From the NCBI RefSeq assembly GCF_001447785.1, contig NW_015165238.1, positions 66,539-130,538 of the forward strand: a stretch of DNA of 64,000 nt. The letters run 5' to 3'. Positions 1 to 12,640 of the stretch are shown piece by piece; within the stretch, counting starts at the first letter, position 1; every line of letters starts with the position of its first letter. The stretch is from Gekko japonicus (lineage: Eukaryota). Made by a program: the position numbers and the translations under genes. The notes below the pieces were generated by a model. That model ran no database searches, was not told where the DNA came from, and saw only the letters and a program-made list of their open reading frames with translations.

Positions 1-7
1 GACTACT

Positions 8-640
8 TTTCCTCCTGGGAAACCATTGTTGCCAATCTCCAGGCAAGGAGTGGAGTTCACTCAAAATTACAATTGCTCCCCAGATGGCAGAGATCAGCTC
101 CCCTGGAGAAAATAGTGGACTCTGTGTCATTATACCCTGCTGAGGAAGCTATGGAAGCTGATTGGGTGATTTAGGACCACTCACAGACTTTCAGCCAAAC
201 CTACCTCACAGGGTTGTTGTACAGATCAAAAGGGGGAGAGGAGAATGATGTCCCCACTGTGGAGAAAGACTGTACTCTTCCTAGGTAGAGGCTGCAGGGA
301 GATGAGTGGAGATGGAAAGCTGAAGTCAAAGGGGCGGATAAAGGTAGGTTGATGGTTGGCTGGGAAGGAGATAGTGTTGCCGCCTCCATGTTGAGAAATT
401 CATGGAGATTTGAGGGGTCAAGCCTGGAGAGGGTTGGGTTTGAGGAGTGGTGGGACCTTAGACAGGTACAATGTCATAAATTCCACCCTCCAAACCAACC
501 ATTTCCTCCTGGGGAACCATTGTTGTTAATCTCCAAGTGAGGGCTGGAGATCACTCAGAATTACAACTGCTCTTCAGATGGCAGAGATCAGTTCCCCTGG
601 AGAAAATGGTTGACTCTGTGTCATTATAGCCAGCTGAGGT
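8..640. repeat. Fragments of a common DNA-transposon-derived repeat in direct and inverted arrangement
   Basis: 8-147 is repeated at ~502-640 (tttcctcctggg..accattgttg..aattacaa..gatggcagagatcag..cccctggagaaaat..gactctgtgtcattata); 380-520 resembles its reverse complement. Confidence 0.55.
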
Positions 641-1204
641 TGCCACAGTAAATTGACACTGAGTGCCCAAGGCTGGGGCACCCATCCAGAGCCTCTTTCT
701 AGAGCTTGTTGTATTTATTTCCACAATGGGCCTTATTCCTATTGATATATAAAAGCCAAGCCATGCTGGTGATGACTCATCTACTCTCCCATTGGCCACT
801 GGGGAAGCTGCCGTGGCACTCATTGGCTTATCCCACCAGCTGTTCCATTCTTATACCCCACTTTTGCTACATTGCATCTTGGGAGTTATAGTGCTCAGCT
901 GTGGAGCTGGGGCATGCAAAAGCCTTCCTTAATGAGGAGGCAGTGGATGAGGGTGGCCCATGTTTACAACCAGCAAAGGGCAACTTGGTGGAGAAGGTGG
1001 CTCTTTCGATAAGGTGATCTTCAGCCCCAGGCAAGCATAGCACTTTTGCAGCCTCAGGGTTTGGGACCTGTAGTGGAGTGCCTGCAGCAGTCAGCTGTTT
1101 GGCAGGACCACCTTCCTCTCTCCCCCTCCCTTTCACCCTTCTCCTGCTGCCTCTGGAGGGGGGAGAGGTTTTTTTTTAAGAAAAATTGTCTTAAAATTCT
1201 GGGC

Positions 1205-1403
1205 AGTGACTTGGATGTCATCAGATCTTGGAAGGTAAGCAGGGTTAGTATTTGGATGGGAGCCAACCAAAGAAGTCCAGGATTACTACACAGAGGCGGG
1301 CAATGGCAACCCCCGTCTGAATGTCTCTTGCCTTGAAAACTCTACAGGGTTGTCATAAGTTGGTTGTGACTTGATGGCACTTTCCACTACCACCACCACC
1401 ACC
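1205..1403 (+). mobile_element. 5S rRNA-derived SINE (degenerate)
   Basis: 5S-like gatcttggaaggtaagcagggttagtatttggatgggag, shared body and (CAC)n tail as in other copies. Confidence 0.7.
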
Positions 1404-1981
1404 AAATTTGGGGACAAGAAAGAACTAATTCCCAAAAAGATGGTCCAGAAAGTTCAGGATAACTAAAAGCTTGACCTCCCAGAAATCTTGATCCAAAATT
1501 AACACAATTCTTAATTGAGTACCTACCCCTAATAGATTTGCACTCCTTGCAAACAGAGAACTGGCACAGCAGGGAGAAAGCTTTGATACCCCCCCCCCAT
1601 GGGATTTGCAGGGATTTTTAGTTTTTTTTAAAAAAATTAATATAAAAGCCTTCAGCATCCTTTGGTGTTGTGGTGCATTCCAGAAAACTAGAATTCTATC
1701 ATCTTACCATTTGGCATGTGTAAATGAGGAACTGGTTGAAAGCTTCCAAAATGTGATTCTCCACCTACCACTTGCCATGGTTCAGTCCATTCTACATCCT
1801 CAGTATTTGGCCACCTCATCCCTAACTCTGGCATGACAGAGAGAGAGTGGATAAGGATATATAAGCATGTGGACATAAGATCAAAGGGAATACCACACTA
1901 CATTCCCATAGTCAGTAAAGGCTGTGGTCATTTCTCCAACTGTCTACAAAATATGGTTAAGAAGCTAGGTACCCTCTCCTG

Positions 1982-2182
1982 CAGTGTTCCCTCTAAGCTG
2001 AGTTAGTGTGAGCTAGCTTTTTTAGCCTCCAGCTCACACATTTTTTGCCATAGCTCAGGAAGGATGTCTCCAGAGCAAACTAATTTATGCAGTAGCCAAA
2101 TTGTTCACTCAGAACTTTTATGCCAGTAGCTCACAAAGTAGAATTTTGGCTCACCAGAATCCACAGCTTAGAGGGAGCATTG
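1982..2182. mobile_element. hAT-type MITE
   Basis: TIR cagtgttccctctaagct / agcttagagggagcattg; 8-bp TSD ctctcctg / ctcccctg; second copy at 62638-62843. Confidence 0.85.
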
Positions 2183-2224
2183 CTCCCCTGCTACTTCTAG
2201 CCCCCTTTCCCATGTGATTGTTCC

Positions 2225-2619
2225 TGTTATGTATTCAAAGCTACTTGAATGCATGGGATAACTTATGTGAAACATCTCATAAGAATGCAATGTTAAGCTT
2301 CACCCTGGGCTAGGATCCTAATGTAACCAATAGGAGCACTAGCCCAGGAAGTGTCATCCAATCACTTCACAGAGCGGGAACGCTTGTGATTGGTCCTTAT
2401 GTCTTCAACCTTATTGGTTGGTTATGTGTACAGTGGGCATGGCTACATTAGCCGGGAATGTTTAAAAGCAGGACAGCTGCAATGTAAAGCTGCGTTTGCT
2501 TTTGATGGGTTCTGGCTATCTGATGTTGTACCGTGTTGGAGTTTTGTGCGTTCTGAAGAATAAAGCCGTGTTCTTGCTGAATCACTCTCCGACTGCTTTG
2601 TTAAGTGAGCGACTTAACA
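2225..2619 (+). mobile_element. Solo LTR (Gypsy/ERV-like)
   Basis: tgtta...taaca termini; perfect 5-bp TSD gttcc (2220-2224, 2620-2624); TATA-like tttaaaag at 2461; AATAAA at 2559-2564. Confidence 0.85.
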
Positions 2620-3858
2620 GTTCCATACTGCAATGTTGGTTCCAACAGCCACTACACTTACGTCATATCAAAATTAGTCGACCAAATACAAAATGACATC
2701 AAATTCCCTGTGCAGATCATTATGCAGTCCTCACATAACTTGGCAAGGGTTCCCCCTCACTGAGGTAGCTTGTTCAAGTTAGCTGGGAAAAGAGTCAGAT
2801 AAATTAACACAGAGGGAACACATTATACAGGAGCAGCAGTTCCCTTTGGATATTGCTTCTTTAACCCCCGCCCTGATTCATGTGGGTCCAGGCAGATATC
2901 TGCCTGCTCATTAAAGCATGCACTCATGGGTTTTTCTTAGAAATAAAAAGTATCTACCACTGCATCATTTGTGTAGAGAATGAGAAAGGTAACTTATACT
3001 TCTGCTATATGCAGCATGAAATAATTGCATAATTATATAGATATCTTAACGGGTAAAGGACTAATTAAGAGCAGAAGCTACCCTTGGCCCATCATTGATT
3101 CCAGTACCTCTTAAAAGTAAGTTGAGCATTTATCAGTTTTCTTAAATCCATAGATGCTATAGCTGAGTGCACAACGGTCTACCTGTGTACGTAAGTTCAT
3201 TTATAAATAGCTATAGCTAGATGATGAACCTTTTATTTAGAAAATGTACTCAGTTTGGGTGTTTGTTGTGTGCTTGTTAAGTGTCAGCAAGTTGCTTCTG
3301 ACCTCCAAAACATTATATTTGTTAAAAGTCTTGCTCAGGTCTCACAAACTGAGTTTAGGGTTAAGGCTAGAGTATATTAAATCAACCTACGACTTCATGA
3401 TGCATTCCCATTTTATTTTTAATGGGATTTCCCGGTCCTTGATAAATATAAAATATGATGCTTATACTTGTTTGTAAATTGTGGAACAAAAGGAAAATGA
3501 AGAAGCCAATCTTCATAAAATGTACTTCCTCACCCTTAAATGCTTACTGGGGTGGGGGTTTCTAGCATTCTTTTTCTTTTAAAGGAGCCCGAAGCCTTAA
3601 CTAAAGGCTTTCGAGCTGGATTCTGAGAGCTGACAATAGAGATCCACTTTTGCCACAGAAGCTTTTTTGGCAAGTTCTTCTACAGAAGCTCTCTCACTCA
3701 TACAGACAAACTGCTCCTGAGGATTGACAATCCTCCCTGGTGGAATGGCTTAGTGGTACAGGAAAAGCTGAAAGAAATCACACAAGATACCTGGATTCCA
3801 GCCATTTATTGTTTATTCACATTTCAAACAAAACATTGCAAGGCACTATAGCACCGAA

Positions 3859-4075
3859 TGCCCTGACCTGGATGGCTCAGGCTAGCCTGATCTCATCGGA
3901 ATGCAAAAGCTGAGCAGGATCAGCCCTGGTTAGTACTTGGATGGGAGACCACCTAGGAAGTTTAGGGTTGCTACACAGAGGCAGGCAATGGCAAACCACC
4001 TGTGATCGTCTCTTTCCTAGAAAAACCTATGAGGTCTCCATATGTTGGCTATGATTTGATGGCACTTTCCACCAC
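3859..4075 (+). mobile_element. 5S rRNA-derived SINE
   Basis: ctggttagtacttggatgggagacc (3926-3950) matches the 5S internal control region; non-5S body; tail ggcactttccaccac. Confidence 0.8.
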
Positions 4076-4436
4076 AATAGCACCGATTGCAAACATGCCA
4101 CCTATGGAATTAGAGTCAACTAGATTTCCCTTGGAAGAAAAAGGAAGGTAGCCGTTCCCTTTGACCTTCAAAATAAAGCAATGCTGTGAATCATGGGTCC
4201 TGCAAAAGTCGTGAAAGGTGGGATCTGAAGTATGAAGGGGAATTGGACAAGACAGGGTGAAAAAGCTAGCTAGATCCCACCCATGATATCCAGAGGTCAC
4301 TTCTGGTTTAATTTCTCTAAGTTCTCTAATTTCTCTAAGTTCTCTAAGATATCTTTAAATGTTTGGCATCTTTCCCCTCTTCTGTTATCGATGTACACTT
4401 GCCTGTTGTGGAATAACTGCACAGTCAGGAGAGGCA

Positions 4437-4528
4437 GAAGGTAGGAGATACATGAAAATATATGTACAGCATGATCCTATATGAAGGTAGGAGATACATG
4501 AAAATATATGTGCAGCATGATCCTATAT
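4437..4528. repeat. 46-bp tandem duplication (2 copies)
   Basis: gaaggtaggagatacatgaaaatatatgt[a/g]cagcatgatcctatat starts at 4437 and 4483. Confidence 0.9.
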
Positions 4529-4839
4529 ATGTTTACCCAAAATTAAGTCCCTTTAATGGTACTTGTTATCAAGTAACTATTTTTGTATGTTTATAACCCT
4601 AGTTCCTCAGTCAAGCAAGTTATGTAGGCTGAGTTTGGGGAAAGCATGCTAGAAGAAACCTGGTTACAGCACTGAGAGCACAGGCTGTGGGAGCAGGATG
4701 CAGGATCAGTGTGAGGTATGTGCATGGACATACATCAGGGACTCAATAAGTAAAATAATAACAGCAGTACTGTGTATTTCAGACACACTGGCTGCCAAAG
4801 TAGGTATGCAGGGATTTGCTTTGCAGCTTAAGGAAAACC

Positions 4840-5190
4840 CAAAAGCTTTGAGGAACTAGATAATTTTAGCTTGAAATGCAGAAGACTGAGAGGGCACACA
4901 ATTTCACTCTTGGTGAATTGGAAGGGTTGCACATGGAAGAGGGCAAGGAAGTGCTCTTATCTGCTCCTGAGGGCAAGAATAAATGGCATGGACTGAAATT
5001 AACAAGAGGGTGGATTTCAGTTGACATTTAGGAGAAACTTCCTAATGATAACAGGAGCTCAGCAATGGAACCAGTGACCTGGAGTCGGGGCTCGCCAGAG
5101 GTCTTAAAACAGTAGCCTGACAATTCATCTCTTAGGGGTGTGCTAGCTTTGGATTGCTTATATTAGGCATAGGCTTGGAATATAGACTTC
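4840..5190 (+). mobile_element. Old CR1 LINE 3' fragment
   Basis: tttagcttg..agaagactgagaggg and aggagaaacttcctaa..caatggaac are typical of the CR1 ORF2 C-terminus. Confidence 0.65.
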
Positions 5191-5615
5191 CCACTCAAGA
5201 ATCTTATAATGGTATATGCCCTTTTCTTGTTGCTCTCTCACAGCTTTTACCCCACTCATAAATATGGGGGGGGAGGATCACATACTTAAGTTAACCTACA
5301 TCTAAACAAGAATCTGATTCTCTTTTTTAAAAAAGAAAAGTTTCGAGCCTTAATTGATTGTCCAAACTGAGTAATGTGTATGTTTTGGAACATCATAAGG
5401 GTTGCTATCTAATTGATAAATCTTGTCATTTGAATCTAAATTCATGGGCACACTCCATCCCGAATTGGGTATTTTTAGGCTGATTTAAAGGCATGGGATT
5501 TGTCAATATCCTCCTTTAATTTTAGTGACTTCATATTTTTACAAAATTTTCCAATTGTGTTCTGCAGGTATAGGATCCTGTCACTGACATATATACAGAT
5601 AAGGACTATCTGGCA

Positions 5616-6548
5616 ATGGAGAATCAAACAATCATCTCTGAATTCATCCTCCTTGGGTTCCCCACTGGATTTGAGATCCAGCTTTTTCTTTTTGTGCTCT
5701 TCTCCCTCACTTACATACTAACAGTCCTGGAGAATCTCATCATTATCTCAGCAGTTAAAGGTAACCAAAACCTTCACAAGCCAATGTATTTCTTCTTGGG
5801 AAACCTGTCTTTCTTGGAAATCTGGTATATCAGTGTCACACTTCCCAAACTGCTGGTAGACTTCTGGTCACAGGGCAAAACAATCTCCTTCCAGTGTTGC
5901 ATGGCACAGCTTTACTTCTTCATCTCCCTTATGTGTACTGAATGTGTCCTCCTGGCTGTCATGGCGTATGACCGCTATGTAGCCATATGTAACCCACTTC
6001 GTTATCCAGTCATCATGACCCATCGATTGTGCTTCCAGCTAGGTTTGCTCTCCTGGTTGTGTGGCTTTTCTATCTCTTTAGTCAAGGTTACCTTTATCTC
6101 TAGACTCAGCTTCTGTGGTCCTGGAGTCATCAATCACTTTTTTTGTGACATCTCTCCTGTACTTAACCTCTCCTGCACCGATATGTCAGTGGCTGAGCTG
6201 GTGGATTTCATTTTGGCTTTGGTCATCCTGTTAATCCCTCTCTCCGTCACAGTCCTGTCCTACCTGTTCATCATTATTTCAATTTTTCGTATCCCCACAA
6301 CTCACGGAAAGAAGAAAGCCTTCTCAACCTGTGCCTCACATCTTACTGTGGTCATCATCTTCTTCTCAACAACAGTCTTCATGTATGCTCGGCCCAGAAA
6401 AATTCACCCCTTTAATCTCAACAAAATAGTGTCCATCTTCTATGCTGTGATCACTCCAGCTCTCAATCCCCTCATCTATTGCTTAAGAAATAAAGAAGTG
6501 AAAGAAGCATTAAGGAGAAATTTAGGCAGGAAAGACCAAGTTAGATAA
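5616..6548 (+). CDS. Olfactory receptor, class II, OR6B1-like (intact, 310 aa, single coding exon)
   Basis: OR motifs [38 protein letters not shown] and [12 protein letters not shown]; N-terminal NQT sequon; [24 protein letters not shown] resembles OR6B1 from memory. Splice acceptor ttctgcag at 5560-5567. Confidence 0.95.
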   Translation: MENQTIISEFILLGFPTGFEIQLFLFVLFSLTYILTVLENLIIISAVKGNQNLHKPMYFFLGNLSFLEIWYISVTLPKLLVDFWSQGKTISFQCCMAQLYFFISLMCTECVLLAVMAYDRYVAICNPLRYPVIMTHRLCFQLGLLSWLCGFSISLVKVTFISRLSFCGPGVINHFFCDISPVLNLSCTDMSVAELVDFILALVILLIPLSVTVLSYLFIIISIFRIPTTHGKKKAFSTCASHLTVVIIFFSTTVFMYARPRKIHPFNLNKIVSIFYAVITPALNPLIYCLRNKEVKEALRRNLGRKDQVR

Positions 6549-6761
6549 GCCACTGAAGGCTGGTTTCCAGATGGCAGGTGACAAAGTAGAGGAGAGTCAG
6601 AATCAGAAGCTGTTGTTTTCGTCAGAGACCTTGGTCTATGTATACTAGGGTGGATCTTGGTAGGGGTACCCCACAATAAAATTATGAAGAAAGAGAGTGA
6701 GAGTGGTTTTAGACACATTCGAGTAGCTTTATTGTATACAAAATAAAATAAAAGTTGTAAA

Positions 6762-7036
6762 AGAAGAAGAAGAGATTGGATTTATACCCCACCCTTCACT
6801 TGGAGTCTCAGAGCGGCTTACAAACTCCTTTCCCTTCCCCTCCCCTCAACAGACACCCTGTGAGGTAGGTGAGGCTGAGAGAGCTCTGACAGAAACTGCT
6901 CTTTTTCAAGGACAGCTGTGCCAGAGCTTGTGACTGACCCAAGGTCACATCAGCAGGTGCAAGTTGAGGAGTGGGGAATCAAACCCAGTTCTCCCAGATT
7001 AGAGTCCGCACATTTAACCACTACACCAAACTGGCT
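6762..7036 (-). mobile_element. tRNA-derived SINE, Squam3-like
   Basis: Head gccagtttggtgtagtggttaa (A box), gggtttgattccc (B box), (TTC)n tail; near-identical copies elsewhere in the window. Confidence 0.85.
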
Positions 7037-7212
7037 GTAAAGAACCTACACTAAGCACCTGAGAACTGATTCCCTAAAACACACACAAACCCCACAGCAA
7101 CAGTTGCTTACCAGATATGCACTTAATGGTAGTAGCTATTTACTATTGGAAAAGGTTCCTATAACGAACTTGTTTCTGTCAGTTCCCCATAAATAATATT
7201 TCCACCATTGTC

Positions 7213-7400
7213 CTGACCTGTATTGCTCAGGAAAGCCTGATCTCAGAAGCTAAGCAGGGCCAACCCCGACAAGTAATTGGATGGGAGACCTCCAAAGAAT
7301 ACCAGGGTCAGGATGCAGAGGCAGGCTTTCAAACCACCTATTTGAATGTCCTCCATGCCCCAGTAGGAGTTGTCAGAAATTGCCATGACTTCCAGGCACA
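7213..7400 (+). mobile_element. 5S rRNA-derived SINE
   Basis: tgatctcagaagctaagcagggc...ttggatgggagacc...gaataccagg is 5S-like. Confidence 0.75.
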
Positions 7401-7794
7401 GGGACAAACACATGCACACACAGAGAGAGACTAAGATTTCCACCATCGTTCTACATTGGTTATGTTTTCCAGATGAGGAGTTCATTTGTTGTTGCTGTTG
7501 TTGTTGTACATGCCATCATAAAATGACATATGCCAGTTAGGCCTGTCCATGAAAATATCTGTCAGTTTCTGATGTTCTACTTACCATTACAATCACAGAA
7601 GTTTTCCACATGTACAGTTTCTACAGGGATGGTACCTGCCAATGGAAGCCACACTGAACAACACTATCATTTCATAAATTCAGCTCAAAACGTAAGATAG
7701 TGAAAGTGCAAAGAGAAATCTGAGATTTAGAACTAGACCCCCTGTGTATGCCCAAATGATGAACTGATTAGCATAAATAATTTACTTGCTGGAT

Positions 7795-8967
7795 TGTCAG
7801 GACCAAAGGAAGATACTCAAGCTTGGCCCAAAGAAAGAGAAATTAGCTTTAAAAGGGTTCCAGAAAAGAATAACACAGGCCCTTGGTCTATGTATACCAG
7901 GTTGGATCGTGGTAGAGGTACCCTACAATAAAATTATGAAGAGAGTGGGAGTGATTTTAAACATAAACAAATAGATTTATTGTATACAAAATAAAATAAA
8001 AGATGTAAAAATGTAAAGAACCTACACTAAACTCCTGAGAGCTGATTCCCTAACACAGACATGCGCACACACTAACAAGAGGGTGCACGTTATAAAAGGG
8101 AAACTTTTAGGGAAGGGGCATGCAAGCTGAAGCCCTGGGCTTGAGGTCTATAAAGGTCCAGAGTCAAATGCAGCTGAGGTCTAAGGAGTAGAGTGAGGAG
8201 GAATTAGGGTTCCCAAATCCCCCGGGGGGCGGAATTCCCCCCGGTTTCGAGCCCCGATTCCCGCTCCCACGGAATTGGGGCCCGGGGGAAACCCCACCCC
8301 CACGTGTGTGTCACCCGGAAGTGACATCGCACGCTGGGGGTGGGCGACGCCATTTGAGGGGAAAACTATTTGTTTTCCCCTCAAATGGCATGGCCCCGCC
8401 CCAGCATGTGACGTCACTTCCAGTGACGCTCTGGAAGCGTGCGCTTTGCTCGCGCGTACACATATCCCCAGCCGGCTCCCGGAGTGACAGGATGCTCCCC
8501 CGCCGGTAAGATTTTTCTATTGGGCAACCCTAGGAGGAATAAAAGGAGCTTGCAACACAGTCGCAGGGGTGTTCAGGAAACCTGGCACACTTTCTACTGA
8601 GTTAAGGTGATCTTTCATGGGGAAGGGTCCCATAGGTAGACATGAGAACCCACTTTCCCAAGAACATGGTTGGTCCAAGATATGAAGTTTGAATTTGACT
8701 GGGCCATTTAAAGGTAACTGCTGTCAAAATCAGGTTGGAAAATTGGTAGGGAAATACCTGACATTCCAAGGTGGGGTGATGGTTGGGAAAATACCTGACA
8801 TTTCAAGGTTGGGTGATCATCTGGAGGTCTGTAGTAATCCTGGAAGAATTCCAGACTTAACCAAGAAGTTTGCAACTCTGTGGCTGCTGCAGGGTACTAG
8901 GTTAGGGCTCACAGGAGGACCACACAGTCATCAGTAGGGTCTCCTGGGCCCCACCAGTGGCCTGACA
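7795..8967 (-). mobile_element. Probable LTR-like element; partial second copy at ~6629-7085
   Basis: tgtcagg...cctgaca termini; AATAAA on the - strand near 7980; 7881-8060 is repeated at 6629-7085. No clear TSD. Confidence 0.45.
8205..8532. mobile_element. hAT-type MITE (tagggttgcc family), CpG-rich, with internal hairpin
   Basis: TIR tagggttccca / tgggcaacccta; perfect 8-bp TSD ggaggaat; inner palindrome gccatttgaggggaaaac / gttttcccctcaaatggc. Confidence 0.9.
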
Positions 8968-10053
8968 GTAGCCACTCCTTATGCTAGCCTGTTTTCTTTT
9001 ATTTACTCTGCAGCACCAACGAGGCACAGTAAAAAGAAATGGGACAAACACCCCATCATGTTTGAAAGACAGTTAGTTTTGCAGAATTGTTAGTTGTTGG
9101 GAACAATAATATATAAAATTGAGAATTATGGGCTATAGGGTGTCAAGGATCTTTTTGTTTGTTTGTCTTTTTATATCAGACTTCTCATACATAATGGCTC
9201 ACATCAGTCAGACAAGTCAAATCCCTAAGATGGAGCCATAAGCTACGTAATGAACTGAAGAAGACTGAAAACAAAAATGTAACATCCACTTTGGGGGGGG
9301 GGTTTCAAATATGACCCCACGTTCTATCTGAGGGTTGCTTTGTTTCCTTAAAATATAATCTGCCTAACTGACTTCTATGGTTTGGGGATTTTTTGGACAA
9401 TTAAACCTAACTTGTTGGCCGGCTCCCAAAAGAATCCTAGGCCCCAGTAGTTTTGTTTACATATGGAACTAGAAAGGCACCGAAATGACCAAACCAGTTT
9501 CAAATATCAAGTAGTTCATAAAAAGGACAATTAAGGATTTCAGTGTAATTCAATTACAGTCTTTAATCACATATGCACAGTACACCTTCAACAGAAGCTG
9601 ATCTCTGAAATGATAACTATAGGGGGTATCGAATGTCAGATTAATAGAAAGGACACACAACATTTTGCCTGCAGAACACCCAAGGGCCTGGAACAGGCAA
9701 GTTAGATGAAAAAAAAGCCCTAATGGATTGCTAATATGTCACAATTCTTTATCAGACAATTAGCAGAATGTGGTTAATATATCCCTTTAGGAACATGCAC
9801 TGCAAACAGGACCTTTTGTAAGTTTAATCTAGATGTGTGGGTGTTTGGTGTGGGGGTGGGAGTGAAAGAGAAAGGGGAGACAGCAGAGGGTAAAATGGAA
9901 TTTAAAAAAAGCACAACAATCCGCTGTCAATCAAAGTATAACAACATGAAAGATAAACACCAACACCAAATGCCAACAACATAGCATTAACTTTAGTATT
10001 GTGTCGGAACAATGCAGGGCTGAACCCTCTGCCTTCCTGCACCACTGACAGAT

Positions 10054-10344
10054 GAAGAAGAAGAAGAAGAGATTGGATTTATACCCCGCCCTTCACTACC
10101 CAAGGGTGTCTCAGAGCGGCTTACAAACTCCTTTCCCTTCCCCTCCCCACAACAGACACCCTGTGAGGTAGGTAGGGCTGAGAGAGCTCTTGACAGAAAC
10201 TGCTCTTTTTTTCAAGAACAGCTGTGTCAGAACTATGGCTTGCAGGTGCAAGTCGGAACTATGGCCAGCAGGTGCAAGTGGGGAATCAAACCCGGTTCTC
10301 CCAGATTAGAGTCCATGCACTTAACCACTACACCAAACTGGCTC
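10054..10344 (-). mobile_element. Squam3-like SINE (a further 3' fragment at ~10426-10510)
   Basis: Same head, body and (TTC)n tail as 6762-7036. Confidence 0.85.
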
Positions 10345-10510
10345 ACTAGGAGACAGATTACTAGCTTCCCTCCCACCCAGTGATGAGCAGTCAGATAACC
10401 ACTATTATAATAGGTTCAGAAGGTAGAAGAAGAAGAGATTGGATTTATATCCCACCTTCACTACCCAAAGGAGTCTCAGAGCAGCTTACAAACTCCTTTT
10501 CCTTCCCCAC

Positions 10511-10945
10511 AAGGGGCCATACAGACCATCTAGACCATTACATAACATTATAAAACAGATGGCAAGTAGTAATCTTTATAATTAATTATTCCCCTATTAC
10601 AGACTGCTGGCCATTTCACTGGCAGGGGGGAAGAGGTCAAAGTGAGCATGGAAAACTGAGGAGGTTGCCAGCTGAGGTAAAAATCATCTCTGTCCTCAGT
10701 CAAAAGCCTGGTGGAACATCTCTGCCTTGCAGGCCCTGCAGAATTGCATAAAGTCCTGCAGGGCCCTGATGGAATTTGGCAGAGAGTTCCACCAGGTTGG
10801 GACCAGGACTGAAAAGACCCTGGTTGAGGATAGCCGGATATCCCGGGGTTCAACAGCATGTTGTTATCCAAGAAGTGCAATGCCCTTCCGGGGAAGTAAC
10901 AGAGGAGGCAGTCCAATAGATAGGTTGGACCCTGACTGCTCATGA
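10511..10945 (-). mobile_element. L2-like LINE 3' fragment
   Basis: gcagagagttccaccaggttgggaccaggactgaaaagaccctgg and ttgcaggccctg are shared with the LINE tail at 50289-50705. Confidence 0.55.
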
Positions 10946-11509
10946 AAGAGGAAGAAAGGTAGAATCTTCTTTAACCACTCATATAGACCATGATGGTGAT
11001 AACAGGACCCACGTGGACAAAAGCTATGTGTTATCGAGGGGACTTGGGCAATGCTGAGTGAAAATGCTGGTTGGAGTCATTCCTCTGTGTTTGTTTATTC
11101 ATTAAAGAACCCACCATTCAGCCTGGAAAGTAGCTCCTAATTCAGCTGAAGTTTAGAGGGACAACTTTGGGATTGTGGGTATTCTGGGTCAAGAAGCGAT
11201 TAGCCCTTGAAGTAGTGAGGGTGGAGTTCCTACAATGTGATAACTGAGGGGATATGTCAGAGTACTCTGCCTGGATGACTCATGGCCTACACAGTAATCC
11301 ACATGCCTTCAAATATAATTCTTTAGAGTGTTTATACAAAATGTTTTAATGTCAGCAGCAGTAACAAGTTACCTGTAGGGTCCGCAAAGACCAAATGACA
11401 CCTTTACTTGAAGGATTTCTCCTGCTTCTTATAACCTCTTCAGTAGTTCCTCTCTCCTGACCTCAATTACTGCATCTCCTTTTTGAACTCTGGAATCAAG
11501 CATGGAGGT

Positions 11510-11730
11510 ATTGATTGATTGACTTACTTTTTTAACACTCCGCCTTTCTCCCCAAAGTGGCTTACATCATTCTCCTCCATTTATTCTCATAACAGCACTG
11601 TGAGGTAGGTTAGGCTTAGCATGTGTGACTGGCCCAAGGTCACCCAGCAAATTCCATGGCAGAGTGGAGATTCAAACCTGAATCTCCTAGATCCTGGTTG
11701 TACATTCTGACCATGACACCACCCTGGCTG
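11510..11730 (-). mobile_element. Older MIR/Squam3-related SINE
   Basis: ctgtgaggtaggttaggct..tgtgactggcccaaggtcacccagc..ggattcaaacc core. Confidence 0.65.
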
Positions 11731-11779
11731 TCAAAACCATGCTGGTATTGTTCTATGTGTGCAAAGTATAAGGTAGAAC

Positions 11780-12640
11780 AAAATGCCCAGTGATAGAAGG
11801 GTCGAATAAACTGTTAAATTTATCATTAAATCTAATTTTGGAGTATGATTTTTTAAAATCTACATAAAGAGGCCATGAAAAGATGGGAGATGTTTCTACA
11901 AACCCAAGCAAAACTCTAGGGTTTATAGAAAAATCTGAAATCTAAAATAAACAAGCAATAGTATCGGGTGTTAAACTTCCCCAAATAGTAGACACAGCAT
12001 TTGAAGTTTTAAGAGATGAATAGCCACTGAGGTATTGCAAGACTATCTTCTGAGATCTTGGTGGCCATTTGTGGAGTTGATAGACAAGAAGGACAATATT
12101 TTTAAGTGTATCAAGCTTTAATTTCTCTCAGTAAGGAGATTGAAAAGGGTAAAAGCTGGGAGGGAAGGATGGAAAAGAGACAAAAGGAGGACAAGCAGTC
12201 AACCACCCATTTCTATTAGCCCCATGTCACTATGCTTGCTGAAATTCAGGAAGGTGAGAGCAGAAGTTGCTAATACTGCAGTACAGCCCTCCTTTCCTAT
12301 TTATACAGATATACTACTGATCAATACTATCTAGAAATGAGAGTAAGTAAAGAGTGGACATTTAAAAAAACATGGAAAAAGTTTTATGATTGGTATAATG
12401 CAAATGTAATAGAAGACTAGGCAAGGACAGCGCAATGGAGCTGAGAACACAGAAGATAGAAGAATGGAAAGTATTTGATATAGAGTTTTTATTAATTAAG
12501 TAATTGCATATAAGCATATAATGTAACTGCACTCTTGGTATATATGTTATGTGTAGTAGAGTGTTTGTTTGTAGTGTGTAGATTTGTTTGTTGTAGATTA
12601 AAAAATTAATAAAAGTGTACCTATGGGTACTTAAAAAAAT
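11780..12640 (+). mobile_element. Degenerate L1-like LINE 3' end
   Basis: A-rich strand bias, Trp-containing remnants (KTWKKFYDWY), AATAAA near 12608. Confidence 0.4.

Noticed and set aside
3859-3970. 5S rRNA gene
   Set aside because: Diverged 5' end, continues into a shared non-5S body and simple-repeat tail, and occurs as dispersed copies: a SINE, not an rRNA gene.
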